The notes under the pieces were generated by a model that saw nothing but the letters and a program-made list of their open reading frames with translations, was not told the origin of the DNA and made no database searches. Positions 9,357 to 19,909 of a DNA stretch of 32,000 nucleotides are shown one piece after another (positions within the stretch are counted from its first letter, which is position 1; each line of letters starts with the position of its first letter). Position numbers and translations under genes: made by a program. The stretch is from contig OY969425.1 in assembly GCA_963699255.1 (NCBI GenBank), positions 150,001 to 182,000 on the forward strand, in the 5' to 3' direction. The DNA comes from an uncultured bacterium (GTDB taxonomy: Bacteria > Margulisbacteria > WOR-1 > CAVSGV01).

Positions 9357-10649
9357 ATGAACCTTCCTCTTTCAGGAAAGATCGATCATATCGGGCATCT
9401 TGAGATCGGCGGATGCGACGTATCCGACCTTGCGAAAAAATTCGGCACCCCCCTGTATATTCTTGATGAAAAGGATATAAGGGAGAGATGCCACGCGTAC
9501 AAGACCCTTTTCAAATCAAGATACCCGAATTCCGACATCATTTATGCGAGCAAAGCCCTTTCAACGATAGGCCTTTTAAAGATAATTTCCGATGAAGGGT
9601 TGGGTGTGGACGTGTCTTCCGGGGGCGAACTGTTCACCGCGCTTAAGGCGGGGGTCTCTCCAAGAAAGATTTATTTTCACGGCAACAATAAATCAAGCCA
9701 TGAGATAGAAGAAGGGCTCACGGCTTCGGTAAAGAGCTTTGTTGTCGATAATTTTGAGGAGCTTAAAGTGCTGGACGAGCTTAGCGTTAAAATGGGGAAA
9801 AGAACGCATGTTCTGATAAGGGTGAATCCGGGCGTTGAAGCCCACACTCATGAAGCGATCAAAACGGGCCAGACGGATTCGAAGTTCGGCATCGGGAAAG
9901 AGAAAGTCCTTGAGGCGGTAAAACAGATATCTTCCATGAGGAACGTGAAATATGCCGGGCTTCACGCTCATATAGGCTCGCAGATATTTGACGCTGAAGG
10001 GTTTATCGCGGAGATCGATATCCTTGTAGATCTCGCGAAACGGATCTATGGAGAGTTCAAGATCAAATCTGAAGAGTTGAGCATCGGCGGGGGCATAGGC
10101 ATACGATATGTTGATACCGACAAGCCCATGGAACTTGAAGACTTCGCTGAAGCCATTACAAGGAGAGTAAAGGAAGGGATCGCGTCGTATAAACTCCCAA
10201 TGCCTAAATTGATCCTTGAGCCTGGAAGATCGATCATCGGGAGGGCGGGGGTGACGCTGTACAGTATCGGGGTAATAAAAGAGATCCCCCGGATAAGAAA
10301 ATATGCTGTTATTGACGGGGGCATGTCCGATAACATAAGGCCCATGTTATACGATGCAAAGTATGAGCTTGTTGCTGCGGACAACATGAAAGCTAAAAAG
10401 ACGGAAAAGTATACCGTTGCCGGAAGGTTTTGCGAGTCCGGGGACGTGCTCGCAAAGGACGTGGAACTCCCGACCCTTAAAAGAGGGGGGCTTTTGGCCG
10501 TCCTTTGCACGGGGGCTTACAATTATTCAATGTCGAGCAATTACAACAGGGTACCGCGCCCGGCCATGGTGATCGTTAAGGACAGGAAAGCTAAACTCGT
10601 TTTAAAAAGGGAAACAAATGAGGACCTAGTTAGGAACGATATCAAATGA
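9357..10649 (+). CDS. lysA: Diaminopimelate decarboxylase
   Basis: PLYILDEKDIRERCHAY, YASKALSTIGLLKI, SIGGGIGIRY, EPGRSIIGRAGVTLY, ESGDVLAKD. Confidence 0.95.
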   Translation: MNLPLSGKIDHIGHLEIGGCDVSDLAKKFGTPLYILDEKDIRERCHAYKTLFKSRYPNSDIIYASKALSTIGLLKIISDEGLGVDVSSGGELFTALKAGVSPRKIYFHGNNKSSHEIEEGLTASVKSFVVDNFEELKVLDELSVKMGKRTHVLIRVNPGVEAHTHEAIKTGQTDSKFGIGKEKVLEAVKQISSMRNVKYAGLHAHIGSQIFDAEGFIAEIDILVDLAKRIYGEFKIKSEELSIGGGIGIRYVDTDKPMELEDFAEAITRRVKEGIASYKLPMPKLILEPGRSIIGRAGVTLYSIGVIKEIPRIRKYAVIDGGMSDNIRPMLYDAKYELVAADNMKAKKTEKYTVAGRFCESGDVLAKDVELPTLKRGGLLAVLCTGAYNYSMSSNYNRVPRPAMVIVKDRKAKLVLKRETNEDLVRNDIK

Positions 10650-11443
10650 ATTTCAGGCTTCTCGATCTGATCGATATTATCGTTGTGGCAGCCGCCATTT
10701 ACTATCTTCTTGTCTGGCTTCGCGGAACTCGCGCATTCGCGCTTATGCGGGGGCTGGCCGTGGTGCTTCTTTTGTACCTGGCCGGAAAGGTATTCGGTTT
10801 GTACACTACGACCTGGCTGCTTGAAAGACTCGGCCCTCTTATACTCGTCATAATAATAATTATTTTCCAGCCGGAGCTGAGGCGCACCCTTGAGCATATC
10901 GGGAGAGGAAGGGTCTTTGTTAGGCTTGGGATGACGGGCGGGGGAAGGGGCGCCATGATGGTCGGCAATATCGTTAAAGCCATTGAACAACTTTCCGAGG
11001 CAAAGATCGGGGCGCTGATAGCGATTGAAAGAAGCACGGGACTTTCCGAATTCCTTGAAAGCGGAGTAAAACTTGATGCCGAGATATCTTCCGAGCTCCT
11101 TGTCTCGATCTTTTTTCCGAAAAATCCAATTCACGACGGAGCCGTGATCATCCAGGGCGAGCGCATAGCATCTGCCGGATGCCTGTTCCCTTTATCTGAC
11201 ACAAAGCTTCTGGACAGGCGGCTCGGGACAAGGCACAGGGCTGCGGTCGGCATGAGCGAACAAACTGACGCCCTCGTATTCGTGGTTTCGGAAAAAACGG
11301 GGATAATATCCATGGCCGAGAACGGATATCTCTCAAGGAACATCTCCACAGAGATGCTTGAAGAGAAACTTTTCGATCTGTACAAAGCGAGTCCATCCCG
11401 GAAAGAACGGGTTGGCCTGCGAAAGGCGGCAAAAAAGGCTTGA
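10646..11443 (+). CDS. cdaA: Membrane-associated diadenylate cyclase (CdaA/DacA type)
   Basis: Three N-terminal TM segments, then a DisA_N-like domain: GALIAIERSTGL, NPIHDGAVIIQGERIASAGCLFPL, LGTRHRAAVGMSEQTDALVFVVSEKTG. Confidence 0.92.
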   Translation: MNFRLLDLIDIIVVAAAIYYLLVWLRGTRAFALMRGLAVVLLLYLAGKVFGLYTTTWLLERLGPLILVIIIIIFQPELRRTLEHIGRGRVFVRLGMTGGGRGAMMVGNIVKAIEQLSEAKIGALIAIERSTGLSEFLESGVKLDAEISSELLVSIFFPKNPIHDGAVIIQGERIASAGCLFPLSDTKLLDRRLGTRHRAAVGMSEQTDALVFVVSEKTGIISMAENGYLSRNISTEMLEEKLFDLYKASPSRKERVGLRKAAKKA

Positions 11444-12234
11444 ATATCACTACGCATTCTCTTAAGGAAATGAAATCCGCCAAAAAGAAGATCGCGATGC
11501 TGACCGCTCATGACTATCCTACGGCGAGACTTCTTGATGAATCGGGAATAGACATAATACTTGTCGGGGACTCATTGGGGAACTCTGTCCTGGGCTATGA
11601 GAATACCATTCCCGTCACGATGGACGAAATGCTCCATCACACAAAGGCGGTCACAAGGGGAGTTAAGAAAGCGATGGTCGTCGGGGACATGCCTTTCATG
11701 TCGTATCAGCTGAGCCCCGAACAGGCGCTTTTGAACGCATCCAGGTTCATAAAGGAAGGCGGGGCGAACGGGGTCAAGGTCGAAGGATCTGTATATTTGG
11801 ATTCGATCAAGAAGATAATCGATGCGGGGATCCCCGTTATGGGGCACCTCGGCTTTACTCCTCAGGCGGTCAATCAACTGGGCGGGTATCGCGTTCAGGG
11901 AAGGACGGCTGCCGAGGGCAGCAAAATATTAGCGGCGGCAAAAGCCCTTGAAAAGGCAGGTGTGTTTGCCATTGTGATTGAAATGGTTCCGCCTGATCTG
12001 TCAAAAAAAATATCGCAGGCGCTTGATATTCCGACCATAAGCTGCGGCGGGGGGCCGGGTTGTGACGGACAGGTCCTTGTGCTGAACGATCTTTTGGGAT
12101 TAACAGAAGAAAGTTGTACGCCAAAATTCGTCAAGAAATACGCGAATTTGAACAAGGAAATAAGATCAGCCGTTTCCGCTTATATTTCCGATGTTAAGAG
12201 CGGAAAGTTTCCCGGTAAAGAGAATACATATTAG
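11440..12234 (+). CDS. panB: 3-methyl-2-oxobutanoate hydroxymethyltransferase (TTG start overlapping the upstream stop)
   Basis: MLTAHDYPTARLLDESGIDIILVGDSLGNSVLGYENTIPVTMDEMLHHTKAV, MGHLGFTPQ. Confidence 0.95.
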   Translation: MNITTHSLKEMKSAKKKIAMLTAHDYPTARLLDESGIDIILVGDSLGNSVLGYENTIPVTMDEMLHHTKAVTRGVKKAMVVGDMPFMSYQLSPEQALLNASRFIKEGGANGVKVEGSVYLDSIKKIIDAGIPVMGHLGFTPQAVNQLGGYRVQGRTAAEGSKILAAAKALEKAGVFAIVIEMVPPDLSKKISQALDIPTISCGGGPGCDGQVLVLNDLLGLTEESCTPKFVKKYANLNKEIRSAVSAYISDVKSGKFPGKENTY

Positions 12235-12339
12235 AAGCCCGGATAAGTGTTTAGTGTGAGTGTGAGTAATTAGTAGTGAGTTTATTGTTTCTGATTTGCT
12301 CAAGACTCAGGACTCAAACTCACGCTCGTTACTTTGCGT

Positions 12340-12413
<74 letters not shown>

Positions 12414-12433
12414 AGTTTTCATTGCCGTAGGTC

Positions 12434-12455
12434 GCCCCGACGGAACGTCGGGGGC
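12434..12455. repeat. GC-rich hairpin just downstream of the tRNA
   Basis: CCCCGACG-GAA-CGTCGGGG, no following T-run, so terminator function is doubtful. Confidence 0.5.
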
Positions 12456-12491
12456 TGGGCATATATACTTGAAATGCACGGTACAATACAT

Positions 12492-13001
12492 ATGAACATC
12501 ATACTCATAGGCTTTATGGGGGTCGGAAAAACAGAGGTCGGAAAGCTTCTGGCCAAAAAGTTGAAAATGACCTATATCGACACGGACGCGATCATTGAAA
12601 AAGAACAGAAAATGACGATCAATGACATCTTTGACAAAAAAGGGGAAGAAATCTTCCGTGAGATGGAGACAGGGTTATTGGACGAATTGAGCGCGCTCGA
12701 AGATCACGTGATATCTACCGGCGGCGGGATCATACTGAGGCCCGGCAACGTTAAAAAACTGAAAAGTATGGGGCCTTTGATACTTCTCTGGGCGGATCCC
12801 GATACGGTATATGAAAGGGTAAAAGGGGAGGGCACAAGACCGCTCCTTAATGTTGCCGATCCGAGGGGAAAGATCAAGGAGATACTGCAGTTCAGGGCGC
12901 CTATTTATAAAGGGATAGCCGACCTCAAGGTGGATACTTCGCGGTTGTCACCCGAAGAGGCAAGTAATAAAATAGTGAAGTTCATAAAGGAAGGGGAATG
13001 A
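12492..13001 (+). CDS. aroK: Shikimate kinase (ATG 12492 preferred over 12474)
   Basis: MNIILIGFMGVGKTEVGKLLAKKL Walker A, DTDAIIEKEQ, STGGGIILRPGN, RPLL. Confidence 0.93.
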   Translation: MNIILIGFMGVGKTEVGKLLAKKLKMTYIDTDAIIEKEQKMTINDIFDKKGEEIFREMETGLLDELSALEDHVISTGGGIILRPGNVKKLKSMGPLILLWADPDTVYERVKGEGTRPLLNVADPRGKIKEILQFRAPIYKGIADLKVDTSRLSPEEASNKIVKFIKEGE

Positions 13002-14119
13002 TGGACAAGATAAGGGTTAATCTGGGGGAGAACAGCTACAATATAAATGTGGGTAGCGGCGCTCTGAAGGAATTCGGGACGGCACTGAAAAAAGTGAACA
13101 GCTACGAGAAGATAGTGATCATTACAGATCCTCTTGTCAACGAGCTCTGGGGAGGGATATTAAGGAGCAGCCTTAAGTCGGAAGGTTTCAGTTTTGAGGT
13201 TATAGAGGTTCCAAGGGGTGAGCGCAACAAGAATCTTCGGGTCGCGTTCAACATATATGACAAGCTGGTGAAGTTCGAGGTCCACAGGGACTGCTGCATA
13301 ATAGCCTTTGGAGGCGGGGTCATAGGGGACCTTGCGGGATTCGTCGCCGCGACGTTCATGAGGGGCACGTACCTTGTGCATGTGCCCACAACACTGCTTG
13401 CCCAAGTCGATTCAAGTATAGGCGGAAAGACTTCCGTCAATCATCCAAAAGGGAAGAACCTGATCGGTGTTTTTTATCAACCCCTGTTCGTACACAGTGA
13501 CGTGGAGGCGCTGACAACGCTGTCCCAAAAAGAGATCAGCACGGGGCTTGCGGAAGTAATAAAATACGGCGTCATAGAGGATGAGGATTTCTTCAAGTTC
13601 CTTGAGGCCAATTCCCATCATCTTAATACCAAGGCGTTCGAGGATCCCGACACCCTGAAGGCAGCGCTCAAAGTGTGGCAGACGATCGTTACCGAATGCT
13701 GCAAGATAAAGGCGGGGATAGTCGAAAAAGATGAAAAAGAAAGAGGCATTAGGATGGTGCTTAACTACGGTCACACCATCGGCCACGCTATAGAAACAGT
13801 GACAAAGTACAATATGTATAATCACGGCGAAGCGGTTTCCATAGGCATGGTAGCCGCCGCGATGATATCCAATGAAATGGACATGCTTGATGCTTCGGCG
13901 GTGAGCAGGATAAAGGTGCTTCTTGAAAAACTTAAACTGCCGACATCCGTTGACGGCCTTTCTGTCGCCAAGATAATCAACGGTCTAAAGGTGGACAAGA
14001 AGATCAGGGAGGGGAAAATCAAGTTCGTGCTGCCCAAAGGGGTCGGGAAGGTCGAGATAAGGGATGATGTCCCTATTCCCGTTGTGAGAAGGGTCCTTAA
14101 GACATTGGGGTGCAAGTAA
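12998..14119 (+). CDS. aroB: 3-dehydroquinate synthase
   Basis: [66 protein letters not shown]. Confidence 0.96.
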   Translation: MMDKIRVNLGENSYNINVGSGALKEFGTALKKVNSYEKIVIITDPLVNELWGGILRSSLKSEGFSFEVIEVPRGERNKNLRVAFNIYDKLVKFEVHRDCCIIAFGGGVIGDLAGFVAATFMRGTYLVHVPTTLLAQVDSSIGGKTSVNHPKGKNLIGVFYQPLFVHSDVEALTTLSQKEISTGLAEVIKYGVIEDEDFFKFLEANSHHLNTKAFEDPDTLKAALKVWQTIVTECCKIKAGIVEKDEKERGIRMVLNYGHTIGHAIETVTKYNMYNHGEAVSIGMVAAAMISNEMDMLDASAVSRIKVLLEKLKLPTSVDGLSVAKIINGLKVDKKIREGKIKFVLPKGVGKVEIRDDVPIPVVRRVLKTLGCK

Positions 14120-15330
14120 TGATAGAACCGGAAAAGCAGCTTGAGATAATCAAAGAGGGCTGCGCGGAGATAATACCCGAGGCAGAGCTTTTACAGAAGC
14201 TGAAAAAGAAAAAACAGCTCAGGGTAAAGTGGGGTGCCGATCCTTCGGCTCCCGATATCCACCTGGGGCATACGGTCGTCATAAGGAAGCTTAAGGCCTT
14301 CCAGGACCTGGGACATAAGGTGATATTCATAATCGGCGACTTTACTGGCATGATAGGCGACCCTTCAGGAAAGTCCGCGACAAGGCCGGCGCTCTCAAGG
14401 GAAGAAGTGGAGAAGAACGCCAGGACATACAAAGAACAGGTCTTCAAGATACTGGACCCCAAAAAGACGGAGATAGTTTACAACAGCAAATGGCTTTCAA
14501 AACTGACCCTGGAGAACATAATCAACCTCGCTGCAAAATATACGGTAGCCAGGATGCTCGAGCGGGACGATTTCATAAAAAGATACACCGAGCAGAAACC
14601 CATATCTATACACGAATTCCTGTATCCCCTCATACAGGGGTATGATTCGGTGATGGTGAAGGCGGATGTCGAGATAGGCGGTACGGACCAGAAGTTCAAC
14701 CTTCTTGTTGGAAGGGAGCTTCAGAGGGAGTTCAACGAAGAGCCTCAGGTTGTCATGACAATGCCGCTCCTCGAAGGGCTGGACGGCGTCCAGAAGATGA
14801 GCAAGTCGCTCAATAACTATATCGGGGTTACCGATACTCCAAAGGATATCTTCGGAAAGACGATGTCGATCCCGGACAGCTTGATGATGAAATATTACGC
14901 GCTGCTGACAGGGCTGCCGAAATACGAGACCGACAAGATAAGCGAGGGATTGAAGAATAATATCCTTCATCCAAAGGACGTGAAGAAGCGGCTGGCAAAA
15001 ATACTTGTTAGCGCATTTTACGGGAATGACCAGGCCGATAAGGCGGAGCGTGAATTCGAGAGTGTTTTTAAGGAAGGCGGTTTGCCTGATAACATCCCTG
15101 AGGTTTCGGTCCCCCCCAATGTATATGAGGGGGATCAGGTAAACATACCGAAACTTCTCGTATCAAGTGGAGCTACAATAAGTAATTCAGAAGGCATTAG
15201 GTTGATCAAGCAGGGGGGGGTCTTCATAAGCGGAAAACCCGTTCTTGATACGATATGGAATGGGGACATCGATGGAAAGATCCTCAAAGTTGGGAAAAGA
15301 AAATTCTATAAGATAATAAAAGGTAAATAA
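14119..15330 (+). CDS. tyrS: Tyrosyl-tRNA synthetase (ATG 14119 likely; track start 14110)
   Basis: [42 protein letters not shown]-terminal S4-like domain. Confidence 0.93.
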   Translation: MIEPEKQLEIIKEGCAEIIPEAELLQKLKKKKQLRVKWGADPSAPDIHLGHTVVIRKLKAFQDLGHKVIFIIGDFTGMIGDPSGKSATRPALSREEVEKNARTYKEQVFKILDPKKTEIVYNSKWLSKLTLENIINLAAKYTVARMLERDDFIKRYTEQKPISIHEFLYPLIQGYDSVMVKADVEIGGTDQKFNLLVGRELQREFNEEPQVVMTMPLLEGLDGVQKMSKSLNNYIGVTDTPKDIFGKTMSIPDSLMMKYYALLTGLPKYETDKISEGLKNNILHPKDVKKRLAKILVSAFYGNDQADKAEREFESVFKEGGLPDNIPEVSVPPNVYEGDQVNIPKLLVSSGATISNSEGIRLIKQGGVFISGKPVLDTIWNGDIDGKILKVGKRKFYKIIKGK

Positions 15331-15331
15331 T

Positions 15332-15847
15332 ATGACCAACAATAGGATAGGCTTCGGTTACGACGTCCACAAGCTTGTGAAAGGAAGAAAGTTGATAATC
15401 GGCGGCGTCGAGATAAAGTTCAAAAAAGGACTTGCCGGCCATTCCGATGCCGATGTCCTTGTACATGCTATCATCGATTCTTTGATTGGGGCTATGGGAG
15501 AACATGACATAGGATTTCATTTTCCGACGAACGACCCGAAGTATAAGGGAATTTCGAGCCTCCTTATGCTGGAAAAGATATCAGACCTCGTAAGATCAAA
15601 GGGATACACTGTAATAAATATCGACTCCACGGTCGTCGCGGAAGCCCCAAAGATCAGCCCGTATACAAGAGAGATGCGGATGAACATATCATCAGTTCTC
15701 GGCATTCCCGAGAACTGCGTCAATATCAAAAGCAAAACTGAGGAAGGGCTTGGCTTCACGGGAAAAGGGCAGGGCATAGCCGCTTACGCAGTATCCCTCA
15801 TAGAAGGCAATATTCTCCAATATGCCACAAATCTCTTCAAGAGATGA
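15332..15847 (+). CDS. ispF: 2-C-methyl-D-erythritol 2,4-cyclodiphosphate synthase
   Basis: RIGFGYDVHKLVKGRKLIIGGVEI, GHSDADVLVHAIIDSLIGAMGEHDIGFHFP, TEEGLGFTGKGQGIAAYAV. Confidence 0.95.
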   Translation: MTNNRIGFGYDVHKLVKGRKLIIGGVEIKFKKGLAGHSDADVLVHAIIDSLIGAMGEHDIGFHFPTNDPKYKGISSLLMLEKISDLVRSKGYTVINIDSTVVAEAPKISPYTREMRMNISSVLGIPENCVNIKSKTEEGLGFTGKGQGIAAYAVSLIEGNILQYATNLFKR

Positions 15848-18237
15848 AGCAAAAAGTTAAACTCGGAGTGAACATAGATCACGTTGCCACTTTGCGCCAG
15901 GCCAGGCTTGAGGGCTATCCTGATATCATCGAAGCGGCCAGGCTTGCCATTGCGGGCGGCGCCGACTCTATTGTCGCGCACCTTCGTGAGGACAGGCGCC
16001 ACATAAATGACGAAGATATTCGTTTAATAAGAAAGCTGAAAACCCACTTTGACCTTGAAATGGCTGCCACGGACGAAATGCTGAAGATAGCTTTGAGGGT
16101 CAAACCCGATATGGCGACAATAGTGCCTGAAAAAAGGCAGGAGCTTACTACCGAAGGCGGCCTTGATGTTAAAGGGAACCTCCCGAGGCTGACGGAATAT
16201 GCAAGAAAGCTCGAGGGTGCCGGCATAAGGGTAAGCCTTTTTGTCGATCCGATCGAGGATCAAATAAGAGCGTCTTCACGCACAGGAGCATCCTTTATTG
16301 AGCTCCACACAGGAGCTTACTCCCGTTCTTACTCAAAGAAGGACCTTAACGATGTCGCCAGCTCTGTTATTCTTGCAAAAGATCTGGGTCTCAGGGTGAA
16401 TGCCGGGCACGGCCTGAATTATGATAATGCGGCTCCTGTTGCAAAGCTTGACGGCATAGAGGAGCTGAACATCGGGTTCAGCATCATTGCCAGGAGCGTT
16501 TTTACGGGGCTGAAAAAAGCAACGGCAGACATGAAAAAGCTTTTATTGTTTTTTATAGTTTTTGTATCATTATGCGCGTGTTCATATTCGGCAACAAAAG
16601 AAGCTGTTCCGACACCGAAGATTGCAAAGACGCCGACGGTCGAAACTGCCGTATCGCCCTCTACGCCGGAAGCGGTCCCCGATTGGCTTAAGAGTCTCGG
16701 CGTGTCCACTAAAGCCTCAACCCTCGAACCTGGACAGAACACGGGTATGGCAAAGACGCCGACGGTCGAAACTACCGCATCGCCCTCTACGCCGGAAGCG
16801 GTCCCCGATTGGCTTAAGGATCTTGGCGTGTCCGTTAAGGCTTCAACCCTTGAAAGTACTCCTCCTCCGGAAAAAGAGAAACCTGTCTTCAGTGATGTTC
16901 CTCCGGATCACTGGGCGGCGCATTCAGTGAACAGCCTGGTGAAGATGGGGATCACGCAGGGTTATCCCGACGGCACTTTCAGGGGAGGCAACTACATATC
17001 AAGGTATGAGGCCGCGGTCTTCCTGTCTAAAATGGCTCACGCGGGGCAGGAGAAAGCTGCCGCCGATGAAAAACTCGTTGAGGAATTAAGGGCTGAGATC
17101 TACAAGATAAGGTATACTCTGGACCTGTACAAGAGGCCGCCTGAAAAGAAGACGCCCGTTTCCGCGACTTTTTATGCAAGGACCATAGTTGGAAATATCG
17201 TCTCAGCCAATTCCGCATCTTCCGCGATCAATGCGCCGCTGGGCCCGGTGTTCGACTACAGGCTGCAGGCCTCATACAAGCAGGAATTCGATGAGGACAC
17301 GTTCGTCAGGATAGGAATGGATACCATGGACTCGGCAAGGTCGGGCGGAAGGGATCTTGTGAAGGAAATGCTCGAGGGCGAGGCGCAGGCGATGACCAAG
17401 TCGGGGTTTGGAGTCAACGTGACCAGCGGTCCGGGGCTTGTGATACACAGAGAAGGCCCGGACAATATTTTCCCTTCCGAGGATTACACGGTATATGTAA
17501 GGCCTAATAACGGGATAAAGCTTTTTTATGAGAACGGGGAGCTTGACACGGGAATAGGATATAAGGCGACCACCGTTGCTACTGACGGGGCAGCAGGCGT
17601 GAACGATGCTTACGCATATGTTGCCTACAGTTTCAATAACACTTTCGTGGGAGATCTCACCGTTAAGTATTCGGCGGATCTTTTCAATAATGATCTGAGG
17701 GCGACTTATTCGACAGCAGAGTCGACCATAAATATGTATGAAATGGATATCGTTCCCAGTAAACAGCTTGAATTCGGGTTGAAATTAGGCGCTTCCTCAA
17801 GCCAGCAAACCTCGCATAATATTTTTGCGGGAATAAGCGTCATAACAAAAGACCTGATACGCAGCGGAAGCGCCATTAAATTGTTCGCGAACAAGATAGG
17901 CAGTGATTTCTTTGGCTACCCGGTTTATCCGGCGATAACCGGGGTCAATCTGTTCAATAAACTTTACCAGCCATCCACGTATGACATCGGGATGGAAATT
18001 TCCCAGGTTGTATCCAGGGCTCTTTCGCTTAAAATGATAGGCGATGTCGTTACGGGCCCCACCGGGCTGTACGGCGAGGATGAACCAAGCTCAAATGCCA
18101 CGTTCGAGCTCGACATGGATTACGGCCTGTTCGAAGGAGGTACCCTGAATTTCGGGTACAGGACATACCAGAACCCGAGTGCGACCGAAAATGCGACATC
18201 AGATATGCTAATGCTCGGTTTCAGGTATAATATTTAG
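15844..18237 (+). CDS. pdxJ: PdxJ (pyridoxine 5'-phosphate synthase) in frame with an SLH-domain outer-membrane beta-barrel protein; either a fusion or two products with an internal start at 16531
   Basis: Residues 1 to ~233 are full-length PdxJ (LGVNIDHVATLRQAR, HLREDRRHI, IELHTGAYS, NAGHGLNYDN). At 16531 M230 begins MKKLLLFFIVFVSLCACSYSA, then repeats, an SLH motif FSDVPPDHWAAHSVNSLVKMGITQGYPDGTFRGG, and a barrel ending LGFRYNI. Confidence 0.9.
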   Translation: MKQKVKLGVNIDHVATLRQARLEGYPDIIEAARLAIAGGADSIVAHLREDRRHINDEDIRLIRKLKTHFDLEMAATDEMLKIALRVKPDMATIVPEKRQELTTEGGLDVKGNLPRLTEYARKLEGAGIRVSLFVDPIEDQIRASSRTGASFIELHTGAYSRSYSKKDLNDVASSVILAKDLGLRVNAGHGLNYDNAAPVAKLDGIEELNIGFSIIARSVFTGLKKATADMKKLLLFFIVFVSLCACSYSATKEAVPTPKIAKTPTVETAVSPSTPEAVPDWLKSLGVSTKASTLEPGQNTGMAKTPTVETTASPSTPEAVPDWLKDLGVSVKASTLESTPPPEKEKPVFSDVPPDHWAAHSVNSLVKMGITQGYPDGTFRGGNYISRYEAAVFLSKMAHAGQEKAAADEKLVEELRAEIYKIRYTLDLYKRPPEKKTPVSATFYARTIVGNIVSANSASSAINAPLGPVFDYRLQASYKQEFDEDTFVRIGMDTMDSARSGGRDLVKEMLEGEAQAMTKSGFGVNVTSGPGLVIHREGPDNIFPSEDYTVYVRPNNGIKLFYENGELDTGIGYKATTVATDGAAGVNDAYAYVAYSFNNTFVGDLTVKYSADLFNNDLRATYSTAESTINMYEMDIVPSKQLEFGLKLGASSSQQTSHNIFAGISVITKDLIRSGSAIKLFANKIGSDFFGYPVYPAITGVNLFNKLYQPSTYDIGMEISQVVSRALSLKMIGDVVTGPTGLYGEDEPSSNATFELDMDYGLFEGGTLNFGYRTYQNPSATENATSDMLMLGFRYNI
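16624..16863 (+). repeat. Coding tandem repeat, period 126 bp (42 aa)
   Basis: AKTPTVETAVSPSTPEAVPDWLKSLGVSTKASTLE... and AKTPTVETTASPSTPEAVPDWLKDLGVSVKASTLE... Confidence 0.9.
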
Positions 18238-18258
18238 CGGGCAGATCAAGGGGGGCAC

Positions 18259-18696
18259 ATGAAGATAGCTATAGGTTCTGATCATGGGGGATTTGTGTTG
18301 AAGGAAGAGATAAAGAGACATCTTTTGTCTCTCCGTCTCCCTTTCAAGGATTTCGGAACGTTCAATGAGGTATCCGTGGATTATCCGGATATCGGGAAAC
18401 GCGTTGCGAGATCCGTAGCCTCAAAAAAATTCAGGTTCGGGATACTCTTTTGCGGAACAGGCGAGGGTATGGCGATGGTAGCCAATAAAGTGAAAGGCAT
18501 CAGGGCCGCGGTCTGCCACAATGTCTATACCGCAAGGATGAGCAGGGCGCACAACGACGCGAACATTTTAAGCCTTGGCGGAAGGGTCCTGAAGAAGGCA
18601 ATGGCCGTAAAGATAGTGGATGTCTTTCTTAAAACGCCTTTTGAGGGCGGCAGGCACCTGAGGAGGGTGCGTAAAATCGAATTGAGGACGCGGTAG
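18259..18696 (+). CDS. rpiB: Ribose-5-phosphate isomerase B / RpiB-LacAB family
   Basis: MKIAIGSDHGGFVLKE, DYPDIG, FGILFCGTGEGMAMVANKVKGIRAA, ARMSRAHNDANILSLGGR. Confidence 0.93.
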   Translation: MKIAIGSDHGGFVLKEEIKRHLLSLRLPFKDFGTFNEVSVDYPDIGKRVARSVASKKFRFGILFCGTGEGMAMVANKVKGIRAAVCHNVYTARMSRAHNDANILSLGGRVLKKAMAVKIVDVFLKTPFEGGRHLRRVRKIELRTR

Positions 18697-18811
18697 CGTA
18701 TGGCGAACCGTTTTGCGTTGAGCGTGACGCGTGACGATGGACACTTGACGATTCTCATGACGCAACCGCAGGACGGCATACACAATACGATAAAATAGGA
18801 GCATTTTAATA

Positions 18812-19909
18812 ATGAAAGCATTTATACTTGCTGCCGGGTATGGCAAGAGATTAGAGCCTCTTACGAAGGCGATACCCAAGCCGATGGTCCCCGTGGCTAA
18901 CAAGCCCATCATGCAGTATAACATCGAGCTTCTGAGGAAATACGGAATAAAGGACATTGCCGCGAATATCCACTATTTCCCGGAGCAGGTGGAGAATTAT
19001 CTGGGGGACGGCAGCTCCTTCGGCGTCAACCTGAAGTATTCCTACGAGGAGGAGCTTCTTGGCACCGCGGGCGGGGTGGGGCGCATGTCACGGCACTCCA
19101 GGATTGACGGGACTTTCATCGTGATAGCCTCCGACATTTTAACTGATGTCAATATAAGCAGGCTGATCGCGTACCATAAGAGGAAGAAAGCGGTCGCGAC
19201 CATAGCGCTGACGCCGGTGGAAGATGTGACGCAGTTCGGCGTTGTCATGCTTGATGAGAGCGACAGGATCACGGGATTCCATGAAAAGCCCTCAAGAGAA
19301 GAGGCAAAGAGCGATCTTGTGAATACCGGGGTTTATATCTTTGAGCCTGAGATCCTGGACATGATACCCGAAGATAAAGCATCGGACTTCGGCAGGGAGA
19401 TCTTCCCGCGGCTGGTTTCCGACAAGGCCCCTTTTTACGGGTACAGGATGATAGAGTACTGGAGCGATATCGGGGGGATAGAAAAGCTGAAATCCGCCAA
19501 CTCGGATATTCTTCAGGGAAGGGTAAGGGCGGAGGTTTCCGCGAGGCGGGTCGGCACATCCACCTGGCTTGGAAAGGGGACCCGGGTCGCCAGAAGCGCT
19601 AAATTTGACGGGACGATCATTTTGGGGGACAAGAGCGTCATCGGTGAGAATGTTGAAGTGTTCGGCAATGTTTCCGTGGGCGACAACTGCGTCATAGAGG
19701 ATGGAAGCATAATCTCAGATTCAGTTATCTGGTCTGATACCCGCGTCGGCAAAAGATCCAGGCTCAATAAATGTCTTATAGGGAGCTGGTGCCGACTGGA
19801 AGATGATGTGCGGATAGAGGAAGGATGCGTTATAAGCAACAGATGCCGGGTCAGGCAGGGCAAAAAACTTGAACATGACACGAAAGTTGAGCCCGATAGA
19901 ACTATATAG
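18812..19909 (+). CDS. Sugar-1-phosphate nucleotidyltransferase with C-terminal left-handed beta-helix (mannose-1-phosphate guanylyltransferase-like)
   Basis: MKAFILAAGYGKRLEPLTKAIPKPMVPVANKPIMQYNIE; C-terminal hexapeptide repeats (IILGDKSVIGENVEVFGNVSVGDNCVIEDG...). Confidence 0.88.
   Translation: MKAFILAAGYGKRLEPLTKAIPKPMVPVANKPIMQYNIELLRKYGIKDIAANIHYFPEQVENYLGDGSSFGVNLKYSYEEELLGTAGGVGRMSRHSRIDGTFIVIASDILTDVNISRLIAYHKRKKAVATIALTPVEDVTQFGVVMLDESDRITGFHEKPSREEAKSDLVNTGVYIFEPEILDMIPEDKASDFGREIFPRLVSDKAPFYGYRMIEYWSDIGGIEKLKSANSDILQGRVRAEVSARRVGTSTWLGKGTRVARSAKFDGTIILGDKSVIGENVEVFGNVSVGDNCVIEDGSIISDSVIWSDTRVGKRSRLNKCLIGSWCRLEDDVRIEEGCVISNRCRVRQGKKLEHDTKVEPDRTI

Noticed and set aside
18762-18795. 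Possible seventh promoter copy (CAATACGATAAAATAG before ATG 18812)
   Set aside because: The -10-like TACGATAA is present but no GCAAGTTT/TGAAAT-like -35 at the 12-nt spacing.
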